Of a DNA stretch of 64,000 bases, positions 9,219-18,745 are shown one piece after another. Position numbers and translations under genes: made by a program. The number at the start of each line of letters is the position of its first letter. Positions within the stretch are counted from its first letter, which is position 1. A model generated the notes under the pieces. The model saw only the letters and a program-made list of their open reading frames with translations. It did not search any database and was not told the origin of the DNA. Origin of the DNA: Candidatus Altiarchaeota archaeon. GTDB taxonomy: Archaea > Altiarchaeota > Altiarchaeia > IMC4 > QMZM01. Location of the stretch: assembly GCA_038891095.1 (NCBI GenBank), contig JAWAEV010000002.1, positions 53,042 through 117,041 of the forward strand. The letters run 5' to 3'.

Positions 9219-9704
9219 ATGCTATTCTTTAAATTAGAAGCAACTGAAATAAGTTACAGGGCAAAAATTTTAACAATACAAATAAAAAAATCTGAGAAAG
9301 TAAAAATATGGTGCTCATGGGATTATGAGAGCGAGGAAGAACTTCTTAGAGAGTTTATAAATTTCTTTTTGCAGGAAGAAGATAAAATTATAGTTGGCTT
9401 CAATATATTGAAATTTGACATTCCGCTACTTTTGCTAAAAACATCCCATATGGAGAACTTTGAGAAATTTTCAATGAAGATAAATCATTCGAACATTATT
9501 GATCTATTCATAGTGCTAACATTCCAAAGGAAGGGTAAGATAAAGAGTTTTAAGGATTATTGCAATGAGATTAATATAGCTCCAATAAGTAGGGAAGAGA
9601 TTTTAACTTTTTATCATAGTGGGCAATATGAAAAGATTAATGGAGCAATTTTGAAAAATTTTGAAGCACTTGAGAAATTATTTAAAAATATGCTGAAAAA
9701 ATGA
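9219..9704 (+). CDS. RNase H-like (DEDD/PolB-exo-like) protein, catalytic motifs degenerate
   Basis: 'SEEELLREF...IVGFNILKFDIP...IIDL'. The ExoI position reads KLE. Start at ATG 9219. Confidence 0.7.
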   Translation: MLFFKLEATEISYRAKILTIQIKKSEKVKIWCSWDYESEEELLREFINFFLQEEDKIIVGFNILKFDIPLLLLKTSHMENFEKFSMKINHSNIIDLFIVLTFQRKGKIKSFKDYCNEINIAPISREEILTFYHSGQYEKINGAILKNFEALEKLFKNMLKK

Positions 9705-10348
9705 CAGAATACTATTTTGATACAGAAATTGCATATGACCGCGATGAGATAGTAGAGAAAATTCGCAATAATGAGAAATTTCCTTTTGATCCAAAGCAAT
9801 GCAAAATTATAACAATACAATTTCAGCAAATTGATAAATATGGCAGAGGAGTTGGAAAATTAAGAGTTTTAAAAGAGTGGGAATCAAGTGAGGAAGATAT
9901 AATAAGAAAGTTTTCAGCAGTAATTCAACCAGAGAACAGATGGAATTTTATCCCTGTTGGTTATAATGTTTATTTTGATTTAGGAATTTTCAAGGAAAGG
10001 GCAAAAATTTATGGCATTGACTATGATAAATGGTTTATATATCATGACCTGCCAGCTATTGATTTAAGACCAATTTTCTTAGCATTAAATGATTTTCAGT
10101 TTAAGGGTTCTGGCTTAGACAAATTCACAAAAAAAGAGCATTCTGGTGCTTTAGTGCCAATATGGTATTCACAACATGAATATGAAAAAATTTTAAATTA
10201 CATTGAAAAGGAAGCTGAGGAATTTTTACTTTTCTATCAAAAGTTAAAATCAAAAATTCCAGATATAAGAGAAATTATGGGCTATCCAAGGAAAATTTTT
10301 TATGAAGAAGGCAAAGCATCAATCCAGAGGCAATTAGATCAGCAGTAG
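9701..10348 (+). CDS. RNase H-like (DEDD/RNase_H_2) 3'-5' exonuclease family protein
   Basis: 'YYFDTE' (ExoI), 'VGYNVYFD' (ExoII), 'ILNYIEKE' (ExoIII-like). ATGA overlap with the upstream paralog. Confidence 0.75.
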   Translation: MTEYYFDTEIAYDRDEIVEKIRNNEKFPFDPKQCKIITIQFQQIDKYGRGVGKLRVLKEWESSEEDIIRKFSAVIQPENRWNFIPVGYNVYFDLGIFKERAKIYGIDYDKWFIYHDLPAIDLRPIFLALNDFQFKGSGLDKFTKKEHSGALVPIWYSQHEYEKILNYIEKEAEEFLLFYQKLKSKIPDIREIMGYPRKIFYEEGKASIQRQLDQQ

Positions 10349-11177
10349 TTCCAGGATTGAATCTATTTTTCTTATCATGTAAATATCTGTAAAATCTTTC
10401 AATTTCCTTTCTGCCTTTTTCTGTTTTAACTCCACCAAGACTAATTATTTCCTCTGCCTTTTTTGAAATTTCCTTTGCTTTCTCTTTACCATTTTTCTTT
10501 GCTATTAGAGTGTCATAGTATTTAGATAACAACTCAAGATAACTCTGCAAGATTGCATTTTTAATATCCCTAATTTCAAAAAAATTTTTCTCAATTAGTT
10601 TTGATGAAAATTTTGTAATTTTCAAGTCATTTATAAGATCATAAGCAATTCTATCATTTTTTGCAGAAATTTTTAGCATTTTATAGAACGAAACTCTTGG
10701 TTTTTTTAATTTTCCACCAACATTTGCATTTGAAATTTCTATCGCATCATAAAAATCAATTGTGTCTTTGACTGTTGCAAATTTCAAAATTTTTTTTATA
10801 CTTCTGCCAATTTCCTCTTTTGAAAGGCTATATGCAATTGAAATCGGAATCATCAATAGGAGCATTCCTAAATGTGTATTAGCCTTGGCATAAGGATGTG
10901 AGTTCATAACATAAATTGTCCCCATTTTTATTAACTCGCCAATTTTTAAATCTCTAAGAGAAATTTTTCCTTTTTTTGCGAGTATGCCTCTTTCAGTTGA
11001 GATTCTAATGACATTACTAAGTGCAATTGCTCCAGCTAAGAAATCTTCATATTTAACATCAGAAAAATTATTCCATGGGGAAACATTTCCAGGTTTATCT
11101 ATCGAAACCTCTAAAATTGCAGATGTTTTCGCTATTAAAGCAACAGAATTTATTTTTTCAATCTCAATTTCTCTCAT
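10275..11177 (-). CDS. citG: CitG-like triphosphoribosyl-dephospho-CoA synthase family protein (archaeal/H4MPT-associated type)
   Basis: 'LEVSIDKPGNV', 'NTHLG', 'DTLIAKKNG', 'NPGTTADL'. Confidence 0.85.
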   Translation of the reverse strand: MREIEIEKINSVALIAKTSAILEVSIDKPGNVSPWNNFSDVKYEDFLAGAIALSNVIRISTERGILAKKGKISLRDLKIGELIKMGTIYVMNSHPYAKANTHLGMLLLMIPISIAYSLSKEEIGRSIKKILKFATVKDTIDFYDAIEISNANVGGKLKKPRVSFYKMLKISAKNDRIAYDLINDLKITKFSSKLIEKNFFEIRDIKNAILQSYLELLSKYYDTLIAKKNGKEKAKEISKKAEEIISLGGVKTEKGRKEIERFYRYLHDKKNRFNPGTTADLIASGLMLCLLHKKFSLDSP

Positions 11178-11179
11178 AA

Positions 11180-12265
11180 CTAAATTTCAGAAATCCCTCC
11201 AAATAAACTGTGATATTCATCACTATATGCATAGCCTGTTTCTCCAATATGACTCATGCCTAAAATATTTGGTGATTTCACACCAGTTATAATTGCCATA
11301 ACCTCTATTTTGTCTCTCAATCTTGGAGTTACTCTCGCGCCCCATGTAACTACTGCATTAGGTGCTAATTCCTTTGTTATTAACTCGCCAACACGATTAG
11401 CTTCTCCTAAGGTTAAATCCTCCCCACCAGTAATGTGAATTAATGCACCCTTAGCATCTTTATAACTAACTTCTAAAAGAGGTTGTTTTAATGCATTTTC
11501 TGCTGCTTTCTCAACTTTATCAGGGCCTTCACCATCTCCAACAGAAATTACAGCAACTCCACCTTGGCTCATAACTGCTTTTATATCTGCAAAATCTAAA
11601 TTTATCAGAGATGGTTCCATTATAGTCTCTGTTATTCCCTTAACTGCTCTTGCAATAACTTCATCAGCAACCATAAATGCCTTATCTATTGGTAAATTCG
11701 GTACATATTCTACCAGTTTATTATTATCTATAACAACAACAGTGTCACAAACTTTTTTTAGCTTAGTAATTGCAGATCTTGCTATCTCTAACCTAGTTCT
11801 TTCTAACTCAAATGGAAAAGTAACAATTGCAACAACAATTGCTCCTAAGTCATGAGCGATTTGTGCTATAACTGGTGCAGAACCACTACCAGTACCGCCA
11901 CCCATACCTGCACTTAAAAATAAGAGATTAGTATTTGCTAATAAATCTGTTAATTCTTTTTTACTTGCCTCTGCTGCTTTCTCACCTAACTCAGGAAAAC
12001 CACCTGCACCTAAACCACGCATTAATTTTGCACCAATCAAAATTTTTGTTATCGAATCATCAATCTTATTTAGGTCCTGCTTATCTGTGTTCACTGCTAT
12101 TAATTCTGCTCCTTCTATGCCCATATGGCTTAGCCTATTGACAGTGTTATTCCCTGCTCCGCCAGTGCCAAGAACAACTATCCTCAATCGACCAACTTCA
12201 AATTCATCCAGAATATTCTTGGATAAGTTAGCTTCTTCAATAGCATTACTTACAATTGATTCCAT
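11180..12265 (-). CDS. ftsZ: Cell division protein FtsZ
   Basis: 'GTGGAGNN', 'GMGGGTGSG', 'INLDFAD'. Confidence 0.96.
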   Translation of the reverse strand: MESIVSNAIEEANLSKNILDEFEVGRLRIVVLGTGGAGNNTVNRLSHMGIEGAELIAVNTDKQDLNKIDDSITKILIGAKLMRGLGAGGFPELGEKAAEASKKELTDLLANTNLLFLSAGMGGGTGSGSAPVIAQIAHDLGAIVVAIVTFPFELERTRLEIARSAITKLKKVCDTVVVIDNNKLVEYVPNLPIDKAFMVADEVIARAVKGITETIMEPSLINLDFADIKAVMSQGGVAVISVGDGEGPDKVEKAAENALKQPLLEVSYKDAKGALIHITGGEDLTLGEANRVGELITKELAPNAVVTWGARVTPRLRDKIEVMAIITGVKSPNILGMSHIGETGYAYSDEYHSLFGGISEI

Positions 12266-12327
12266 TTTTAAACAATATTATAATATTAACTCATTCTAAA
12301 TAAATATCTAAAATACAATAATCATAA

Positions 12328-12608
12328 TGTGGTGGACTAGGCCGGGGTGTTGGGCGTACCCTGTAACTTCAAATCGTCCTTATGGAAGGGCCGAAGTCTG
12401 AAAGCAGGGCAGTCAACTTTGAGATAAGTCTAAGTTCAATATCTATGAGTTTCTGTCTCATCGGGTCACTTATTGCAAGAACCGAGTCAGGCCCTGGCGG
12501 GAGCAGCTCTAATTGCAAAAAAGGACGCTGGTGAGGTAGCGGAAATGAGTGAGAACTTAGATTTTTATCTCCAAGATGATTGTTCGACTTTCAGACATGT
12601 CCACCACA
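12328..12608 (+). ncRNA. ffs: Archaeal SRP (7S) RNA
   Basis: GC-rich intergenic island with terminal helix TGTGGTGGAC/GTCCACCACA and an Alu domain with UGUAA. Long helix 5 pairs GTCTGAAAG/CTTTCAGAC and TCTAAGTTC/GAACTTAGA. Helix 8 carries the SRP54-binding motif CAGG-CCC-NNNN-GGG-AGCAG. Confidence 0.92.
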
Positions 12609-12781
12609 GTTTTTTCTTAAAAAAGAAATGTATTTATTTGAAATATAGCTACTCAAATGTAAACAGATAAGATAGCACTATTAGAATTTAATTGTGCGTT
12701 TTAACATCCTCCATCAAAAATCAAAATTGCATATGTTCCTGGTGATTTAATTTATACTCACCTAAAGTTTTTACTGACTTT

Positions 12782-13978
12782 TCACTCAACATGAACTCTG
12801 TGTAGATCAATATCCTCTTGCAGAATGTTGATATACCTCCTTGTTGACCTTTCTATATCCTTTGATTGAGTTATGTCCCTACCAACTATTATTATATCTG
12901 CTCCATCCTTCAATGCATGAGCTGCCATCTCTGGATTCATACCACCAGCAACACCAACAAGTAATCTCTTATCTTTGAAATTCCTTTTTAGACTTCTTAT
13001 ATCGCCCCATAAATTTTTTATTTCTGTTTTTTCAGTTATAGTTTCAGTGTCAATTGCTCTATGCAAGATAACAACATCTGGTAGTTCTCTCAAAGATTTC
13101 AAAACCTTCAATGGATCAGAGACATTTAATGTATCTACAAAAGCATATATCCCAAGCCTATGAGCTTCATAAATGAATTTATCTAAAGTTTCTATAGGTG
13201 CTAAACCAGATGCAACAACAGCATTTGCTGTTTCTTCAAATGCTATGTCAACTTCAACTTGGCCGACATCTAATGTCTTAAGATCAGCAATTATAAATGC
13301 ATCTTTTTCAATTTCTCTTATCTCGCTAATAACTTTGGTTCCATATTTCTTTATTAATGGAGTTCCAACCTCAATTATAATTGAATCGCTCTTTGGTAGA
13401 TCTTGAACTACACTTTTAATTTTCTCTATATCTGGTATATCAAGAGCAATTTGTAAGTATGGCGGCCTCCATAACCTCGGAATTTTAAAGCTCATAATTG
13501 GATGAGTTGCCCTATCTTTATCATACATTATCTTCTCAAGTGATGGATAATCTGTTAATGCTCTTTTTAGTGCTAATTTTGTCGCACCATAATTATAATG
13601 GTAAATTTTACTAAAATCTTTAGCTTCTGGATGTATGAAAACTGAAGCGATAATAACCCATTCATCAATTTTATCTTTTGGAATTATTCCTTCTTCAACA
13701 GCATCAGCGACTGCCTTTGCAACTGCTGCTTGCGCAGGACCAAAAATTTTATTTGCATCTTCTAAAGATTCAATTGTAACCTTAGGAACTATCAAAGTAT
13801 ATGGCTTTGCAGGTAAATTTGGCCTTATAACTCCGAGCAAAGGGGTATGTCCCTTTGAGAGATTTACAAGACCTTCTGCAAATGCTTCACCTACTTTACC
13901 TTCTTTGTCACCAATCATAAGGTCAATATGTGCAACTTCATTTCCTTTGCCTACAAGAGCTTCACCTATTTTATACAT
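12782..13978 (-). CDS. fae-hps: Bifunctional formaldehyde-activating enzyme / 3-hexulose-6-phosphate synthase (Fae-Hps)
   Basis: Fae '[16 protein letters not shown]', '[14 protein letters not shown]'. HPS 'LQIALD', 'EVGTPLIK', 'ADLKTLD', 'HRAID'. Confidence 0.95.
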   Translation of the reverse strand: MYKIGEALVGKGNEVAHIDLMIGDKEGKVGEAFAEGLVNLSKGHTPLLGVIRPNLPAKPYTLIVPKVTIESLEDANKIFGPAQAAVAKAVADAVEEGIIPKDKIDEWVIIASVFIHPEAKDFSKIYHYNYGATKLALKRALTDYPSLEKIMYDKDRATHPIMSFKIPRLWRPPYLQIALDIPDIEKIKSVVQDLPKSDSIIIEVGTPLIKKYGTKVISEIREIEKDAFIIADLKTLDVGQVEVDIAFEETANAVVASGLAPIETLDKFIYEAHRLGIYAFVDTLNVSDPLKVLKSLRELPDVVILHRAIDTETITEKTEIKNLWGDIRSLKRNFKDKRLLVGVAGGMNPEMAAHALKDGADIIIVGRDITQSKDIERSTRRYINILQEDIDLHRVHVE

Positions 13979-14014
13979 TTTCTCATTAATTAATTTTTAA
14001 TTATAACTTTAAAT

Positions 14015-14806
14015 TTAAACTAAATTTTCATTTGCATAATTTACGGCATTGCAAAATATTTGAAGTGCTGTATTTTTTGGTAGAGTATTCTTAAATTTTA
14101 GTCTTTGCCATTCTGGATGAAGATAAGGGTTTAGAGCAGCTTCTGGGTGTGGCATAAGCCCAAAGACATTACCTTTTTTATTACAAATTCCTGCTATTGC
14201 TTTCAATGAACCATTTGGATTTTCAGGATAACTCATAGTTGGTTTTTTTGTTTTTTCTTTGCAATACTGTAAAACTATCATTTTTTCTTTTTCAATTCTT
14301 TCGAGAATTTTTCTTGATGCCAAAAATCTTCCTTCTCCATGGCGAACAGGCATCCTTAGATCTTTAATTCCCTTTGTGAATATACAGGAAGAATTTTCAT
14401 TTACTTTAACATGAATCCATCTATCTTCAAATTTTCCTGATGAATTTACTGTTAAAGTTGCAACTTGTTCTTTATTAATTCCTGGGAGTAACCCCATTTT
14501 TAATATAACTTGAAATCCATTGCAAATTCCTATAACCAAATTTCCCTCTTCAATAAATTTTTCAAATTCATTTTGCATAGAATACTTAAATTTATTCTTT
14601 AGGATAGTGCCTGCTGCAACATGGTCAGCATATGAAAAACCACCAATAATTGCTAATATTTCATATTCCAAAATTTTTTCTGGGCAGCTTTCTAAATCTT
14701 TTATAAAAATTTTATCAACTTTTGCTCCAGCTAATTTAAAAGCATTTTCAGTTTCATCCTCACAATTTAAACCATAACCAATGGGAATTAAAACTCTTGC
14801 TTTCAT
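14015..14806 (-). CDS. purQ: Phosphoribosylformylglycinamidine synthase glutaminase subunit
   Basis: 'GGFSYAD', 'GICNGFQ', 'NPNGS', 'MPHPE'. ATGA overlap with purL. Confidence 0.95.
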   Translation of the reverse strand: MKARVLIPIGYGLNCEDETENAFKLAGAKVDKIFIKDLESCPEKILEYEILAIIGGFSYADHVAAGTILKNKFKYSMQNEFEKFIEEGNLVIGICNGFQVILKMGLLPGINKEQVATLTVNSSGKFEDRWIHVKVNENSSCIFTKGIKDLRMPVRHGEGRFLASRKILERIEKEKMIVLQYCKEKTKKPTMSYPENPNGSLKAIAGICNKKGNVFGLMPHPEAALNPYLHPEWQRLKFKNTLPKNTALQIFCNAVNYANENLV

Positions 14807-17775
14807 AAGTGTCTTTTCCAAATTTCTTTAAGTTTTTCTATATTGGTATTTACGATGTAATTACCATTGAAACCTTTAATTTTCAAAATTTTTCTCTTTG
14901 TTACAATTCCTATTTCAGAAAAGACATTCCCTTTTAAAATTTTTGAAAATTTCCCCTTTTTTTCTTTTGAAATTGTTACAAGAAATCTTGAGTTAGATTC
15001 TGAAAATAACAACTGGTCTTCTCTTTCAATTCCAGAACATGGAACTTTTCTTAGATCGACATCTAAACCATAACCACCGGCAAATGAAATTTTTGCTAAT
15101 GCAACTCCTAAGCCACCGAGAGTTATTGTATGTGCGGAATTCACTAATCCCTTAGAAATAGCTTTACTTAATGCTTTATATAATCTCTTTGCAGCTTTTA
15201 AATTTACTTTTGGAACATTTTTTCCAATGTAAGCTTTTCCAGTATTTTTTTCACCAATATAGCGATAATATTCCGAAGCTCCTAATTCATTAAAAGTTTC
15301 TCCAAGTATATAAAGCAAATCACCCGGAGCTTTGACATCCATTGTAACACATTTCCTGATATCTTTAATTTTTGCTCTTATTGAAACTAACAATGTTGGT
15401 AAAATCCTCATAATTTTATTTTCAGTTTTATAAACATTCCTCATGCTATCCTTTCCAGATATTAAAGGAAAATTCATTTTAGTATAATAATCACAAAGTC
15501 CTTTGTTTGCTCTCACAAGCTGAGCATAGCTGTATTGAGCTTCTTCACCAAAATCATCATAGATATTCCAACAAAAATTATCTATACCATAAAGAAAATT
15601 TTTTCTATCAGGTAGCTTAGCTCCAACTGCTATAACTCTTCTTAGAGCTTCATCAGCAACAGATTGAGCCATATGATAAGTGTCAATTTCAGAATAATAG
15701 GGGTTTATACCTTCTGCAAGGGCAATTCCTTCATAGCTTCCATATTCTAAACAGAAAACTGAAGCATCACTTTCAACATCACTTTCTTTACCTATAAGAG
15801 GTTTTATCACTGTGAGTGCTTTTACTTCATGGTCATATTGTCTTAGCTTATCTTCTTTTGAGCAGATGTTCGGCCTTTTTAAAATTTCTTCAAGAGTCTT
15901 TTCTATATTTGGCATTTGAAATTTTGGCTCTGAAAGTTCTCTTTCTTTCCAGACTGCTTTTAGTTGCATTTTCTTAGCACTATGCAAAAATTCAAGGTCA
16001 AGATAAGCAACACTTTTGCCTTTATACTTAACATGAAATTTTCCAGAATTGGTAAATTTTCCAATTACAGTTGCTTCAACATCCCTCTTATTAGCTAATT
16101 TTAAAAATTCACCTATTTTTTCTTTACTAACCGCAAGAGTCATTCTCTCCTGAGATTCTGATAACAAAATTTCCCATGGGTCTAAGCCATGATACTTTAA
16201 AGGTGCTTTTTCGAGCTCAATCTCACAACCATTGCTGTAAATAGCCATCTCTCCAACTGATGATGATAAGCCACCTGCACCATTGTCAGTAATACAATTA
16301 TAAAGTAACTTATCTCTTGCTTCTAAAAGAAAATCTAACATCATCTTTTGTGTTATGGTGTCAGCAATTTGCACTGCTTGAACAGGGGAGCCCTTATGTA
16401 AAGCTCCTGAAGAAAATGTAGCTCCATGAATTCCATCTTTTCCAATTCTACCACCTACCATAACAATAAAATCTCCTGGGTTTGCTTTCTTTTTATGTGT
16501 TTCTCTGTCATGAATTTTTCTTGGCATAACTCCAATAGTACCACAATAAACCAAAGGCCTAAAAGCATATTTTTCCTCGAAAATTTCTCTACCTCTGCCT
16601 AATGGAATTCCACTTTGATTACCACCATCTATCACACCTTTATGAACTCCTTCTCTTATCCTTCTTGGATGTAAAATTTCCTTAGGTAAATTTTTCAAAT
16701 TTAAATTTCCAAAACAAAATGCGAAGACATTTATCATCGGTTTTGCTCCAAGACCTGCACCAAGAATGTCCCTATTCACTCCTAAAATTCCAGTTATTGC
16801 CCCTCCATATGGTTCAAGTGCTGATGGTGCATTATGTGTTTCTATCTTATCTGCTATTAAAATTTTATCATTTAAAGCTACAATTCCAGCATTGTCATTA
16901 AATGCCGAAAGTAACCATGGAAACTTCTTCCCAATTTTTAAACTTGGCTCTTTTATATATGTTTTAAAAAGACTATCAATAATCTCTTCTTTTCCATTTT
17001 CAAAATAATGAATTTTTGCATTAAATCTTTTATGCTTACAATGATCTGACCATGTTTGTGCTATAGCTTCTAATTCAACATCTGTTATGGAGCTTAGACC
17101 AACCTTCTTTCGCTCTTTTAAAAATTTCTCATTTGAAAAGTATTCTTTAATCAGCAACATTTCATCAAGATTTAAAGCAAGAAGTCTCTCATTACTTAAC
17201 TTTATAAGCTCTTCATCTGAAAATTTTCTTAGATCATAGGTTTCAACTCTCTCTTTTTTATTAGAGAAAACGATAGGTAAAGGGATAGATACACCTTTCT
17301 TTAAAACTTCATCTCTTCTAAAAATATAAATCTCTTCTATTATCTTATTTGCTAAAAGTTCATTTGCAATTTTTTCAACATCCCCTCTTTTTAAATTTCC
17401 CTTAATGTAAAATTGTTTTGAACTATGAACGCTTTCCCCTTCTTTGAGATTCCTTTTTATCACATCCTTAATCCCATGATTTTTACAAGTGTCACCTATA
17501 TTATCTTTAACTCCAGGTTTGAAGCCTATTTCAATTAACCAATCAAAATCAATTTTTTCATAACAAACTTTTTCTTCTGTTATTGAATCAATAAATAAAT
17601 CTTTAAGAAGAATTGAAAATTCCTCTTCAGAAAGCTCGGCATTTATTGTATAAACCTTTGCTGTTCTTATGGAATTTATTCTAAATCCGAAAAATTCTTC
17701 TATGTCTCTTCTTAAACTTTCAGCTAAAACATCCCTTTCATTTTTTTTCTTTATTACTTCAATCCTCCTTATCAT
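14803..17775 (-). CDS. purL: Phosphoribosylformylglycinamidine synthase PurL with N-terminal PurS-like region
   Basis: 'QTWSDHCKHK', 'ETHNAPS', 'DNGAGGLSS', 'SESQERM', 'ISGKDSM'. Confidence 0.95.
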   Translation of the reverse strand: MIRRIEVIKKKNERDVLAESLRRDIEEFFGFRINSIRTAKVYTINAELSEEEFSILLKDLFIDSITEEKVCYEKIDFDWLIEIGFKPGVKDNIGDTCKNHGIKDVIKRNLKEGESVHSSKQFYIKGNLKRGDVEKIANELLANKIIEEIYIFRRDEVLKKGVSIPLPIVFSNKKERVETYDLRKFSDEELIKLSNERLLALNLDEMLLIKEYFSNEKFLKERKKVGLSSITDVELEAIAQTWSDHCKHKRFNAKIHYFENGKEEIIDSLFKTYIKEPSLKIGKKFPWLLSAFNDNAGIVALNDKILIADKIETHNAPSALEPYGGAITGILGVNRDILGAGLGAKPMINVFAFCFGNLNLKNLPKEILHPRRIREGVHKGVIDGGNQSGIPLGRGREIFEEKYAFRPLVYCGTIGVMPRKIHDRETHKKKANPGDFIVMVGGRIGKDGIHGATFSSGALHKGSPVQAVQIADTITQKMMLDFLLEARDKLLYNCITDNGAGGLSSSVGEMAIYSNGCEIELEKAPLKYHGLDPWEILLSESQERMTLAVSKEKIGEFLKLANKRDVEATVIGKFTNSGKFHVKYKGKSVAYLDLEFLHSAKKMQLKAVWKERELSEPKFQMPNIEKTLEEILKRPNICSKEDKLRQYDHEVKALTVIKPLIGKESDVESDASVFCLEYGSYEGIALAEGINPYYSEIDTYHMAQSVADEALRRVIAVGAKLPDRKNFLYGIDNFCWNIYDDFGEEAQYSYAQLVRANKGLCDYYTKMNFPLISGKDSMRNVYKTENKIMRILPTLLVSIRAKIKDIRKCVTMDVKAPGDLLYILGETFNELGASEYYRYIGEKNTGKAYIGKNVPKVNLKAAKRLYKALSKAISKGLVNSAHTITLGGLGVALAKISFAGGYGLDVDLRKVPCSGIEREDQLLFSESNSRFLVTISKEKKGKFSKILKGNVFSEIGIVTKRKILKIKGFNGNYIVNTNIEKLKEIWKRHL

Positions 17776-17784
17776 CTTTTGGAA

Positions 17785-18744
17785 TTAACAGAATAAATCT
17801 TTCAAGTAAATTTTATGTTGCCCTAATTTACCATCGTAATTTCCAGCAGAGATTTTTTTTACTCCATTTAAAGAAGAAACTGCTTTTATTGCAGAAATCA
17901 TCGCTCTTTTAACATCTTCAAGAGTTTCACCATTTATCACAATTTCTGGTATTGAAAAAACATTTTCTGGAACATCAGAATCTTGAATCTTTCCTTTGAG
18001 AGTTGGACAAAATTTATAGTTTGTTGGTGGCCCAATTTTTCCATAGTTAGCAACCATTGATCCAGAAGGACAAACATAGAATGGAGTTATAACATTAGGA
18101 ACTTTTTTAATTGCATCAATAGCTTTTTTTCCTGCAATTTTTGCTGTTTTTAAACTATCACAAAAAAGCCAGAGATTAGCTCCAGAGATACCTAAACCAA
18201 TACCAATATTTCTTTCAATTTTAAAATCATAGCCTATCATCAGTGGTATACTATAATGTTCTTTTCCATACTCTTTAACAATTTTTTCATAGCCACCACC
18301 ACAATCGCCAACTCTTTCCTTAGTGTCAATACTAAAAATCTCTCTTTCTTTTTTAAGAGAATTAAAAACTCTTGTTGTGCCAAATGAAGCTGAAAGTATG
18401 TCTTGTCTTATACGAATTGCAACCTCACTAAAAAATTTTTCAACTTGATCTTCAAGTGGTTTATCCTTTCTATAAACTCCATAAAATTGCAATATGACAC
18501 CTTCTCTACCATCAGGCGTTTCCTCTTTCCTAAGAAATTTTTCAATTCCTGCTTCAATTCTTCCAACAACAATTCCAGGAGTTGATGTTGCTCTATAAGC
18601 TAAAAATCTCAAAGGATCATATTCTAAGAAAGGACTTTTTCTATCCTCTAAATCTAAGCTACGATCTGCTGTAACAAGAATTCTGCAGTAAAGAGCATCA
18701 AATGCCTCTGCATATGTGTCCTCTACAAACTCTCTTAATCTCAT
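17785..18744 (-). CDS. ftr: Formylmethanofuran:tetrahydromethanopterin formyltransferase (Ftr/FhcD-like)
   Basis: 'EDTYAEAF', 'ETPDGREG', 'CPTLK', 'EIVING', 'ISAGNYDGKLG'. Confidence 0.88.
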   Translation of the reverse strand: MRLREFVEDTYAEAFDALYCRILVTADRSLDLEDRKSPFLEYDPLRFLAYRATSTPGIVVGRIEAGIEKFLRKEETPDGREGVILQFYGVYRKDKPLEDQVEKFFSEVAIRIRQDILSASFGTTRVFNSLKKEREIFSIDTKERVGDCGGGYEKIVKEYGKEHYSIPLMIGYDFKIERNIGIGLGISGANLWLFCDSLKTAKIAGKKAIDAIKKVPNVITPFYVCPSGSMVANYGKIGPPTNYKFCPTLKGKIQDSDVPENVFSIPEIVINGETLEDVKRAMISAIKAVSSLNGVKKISAGNYDGKLGQHKIYLKDLFC

Positions 18745-18745
18745 A

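Noticed and set aside
12473-12670. 65-aa ORF
   Set aside because: It overlaps the SRP RNA and is spurious.
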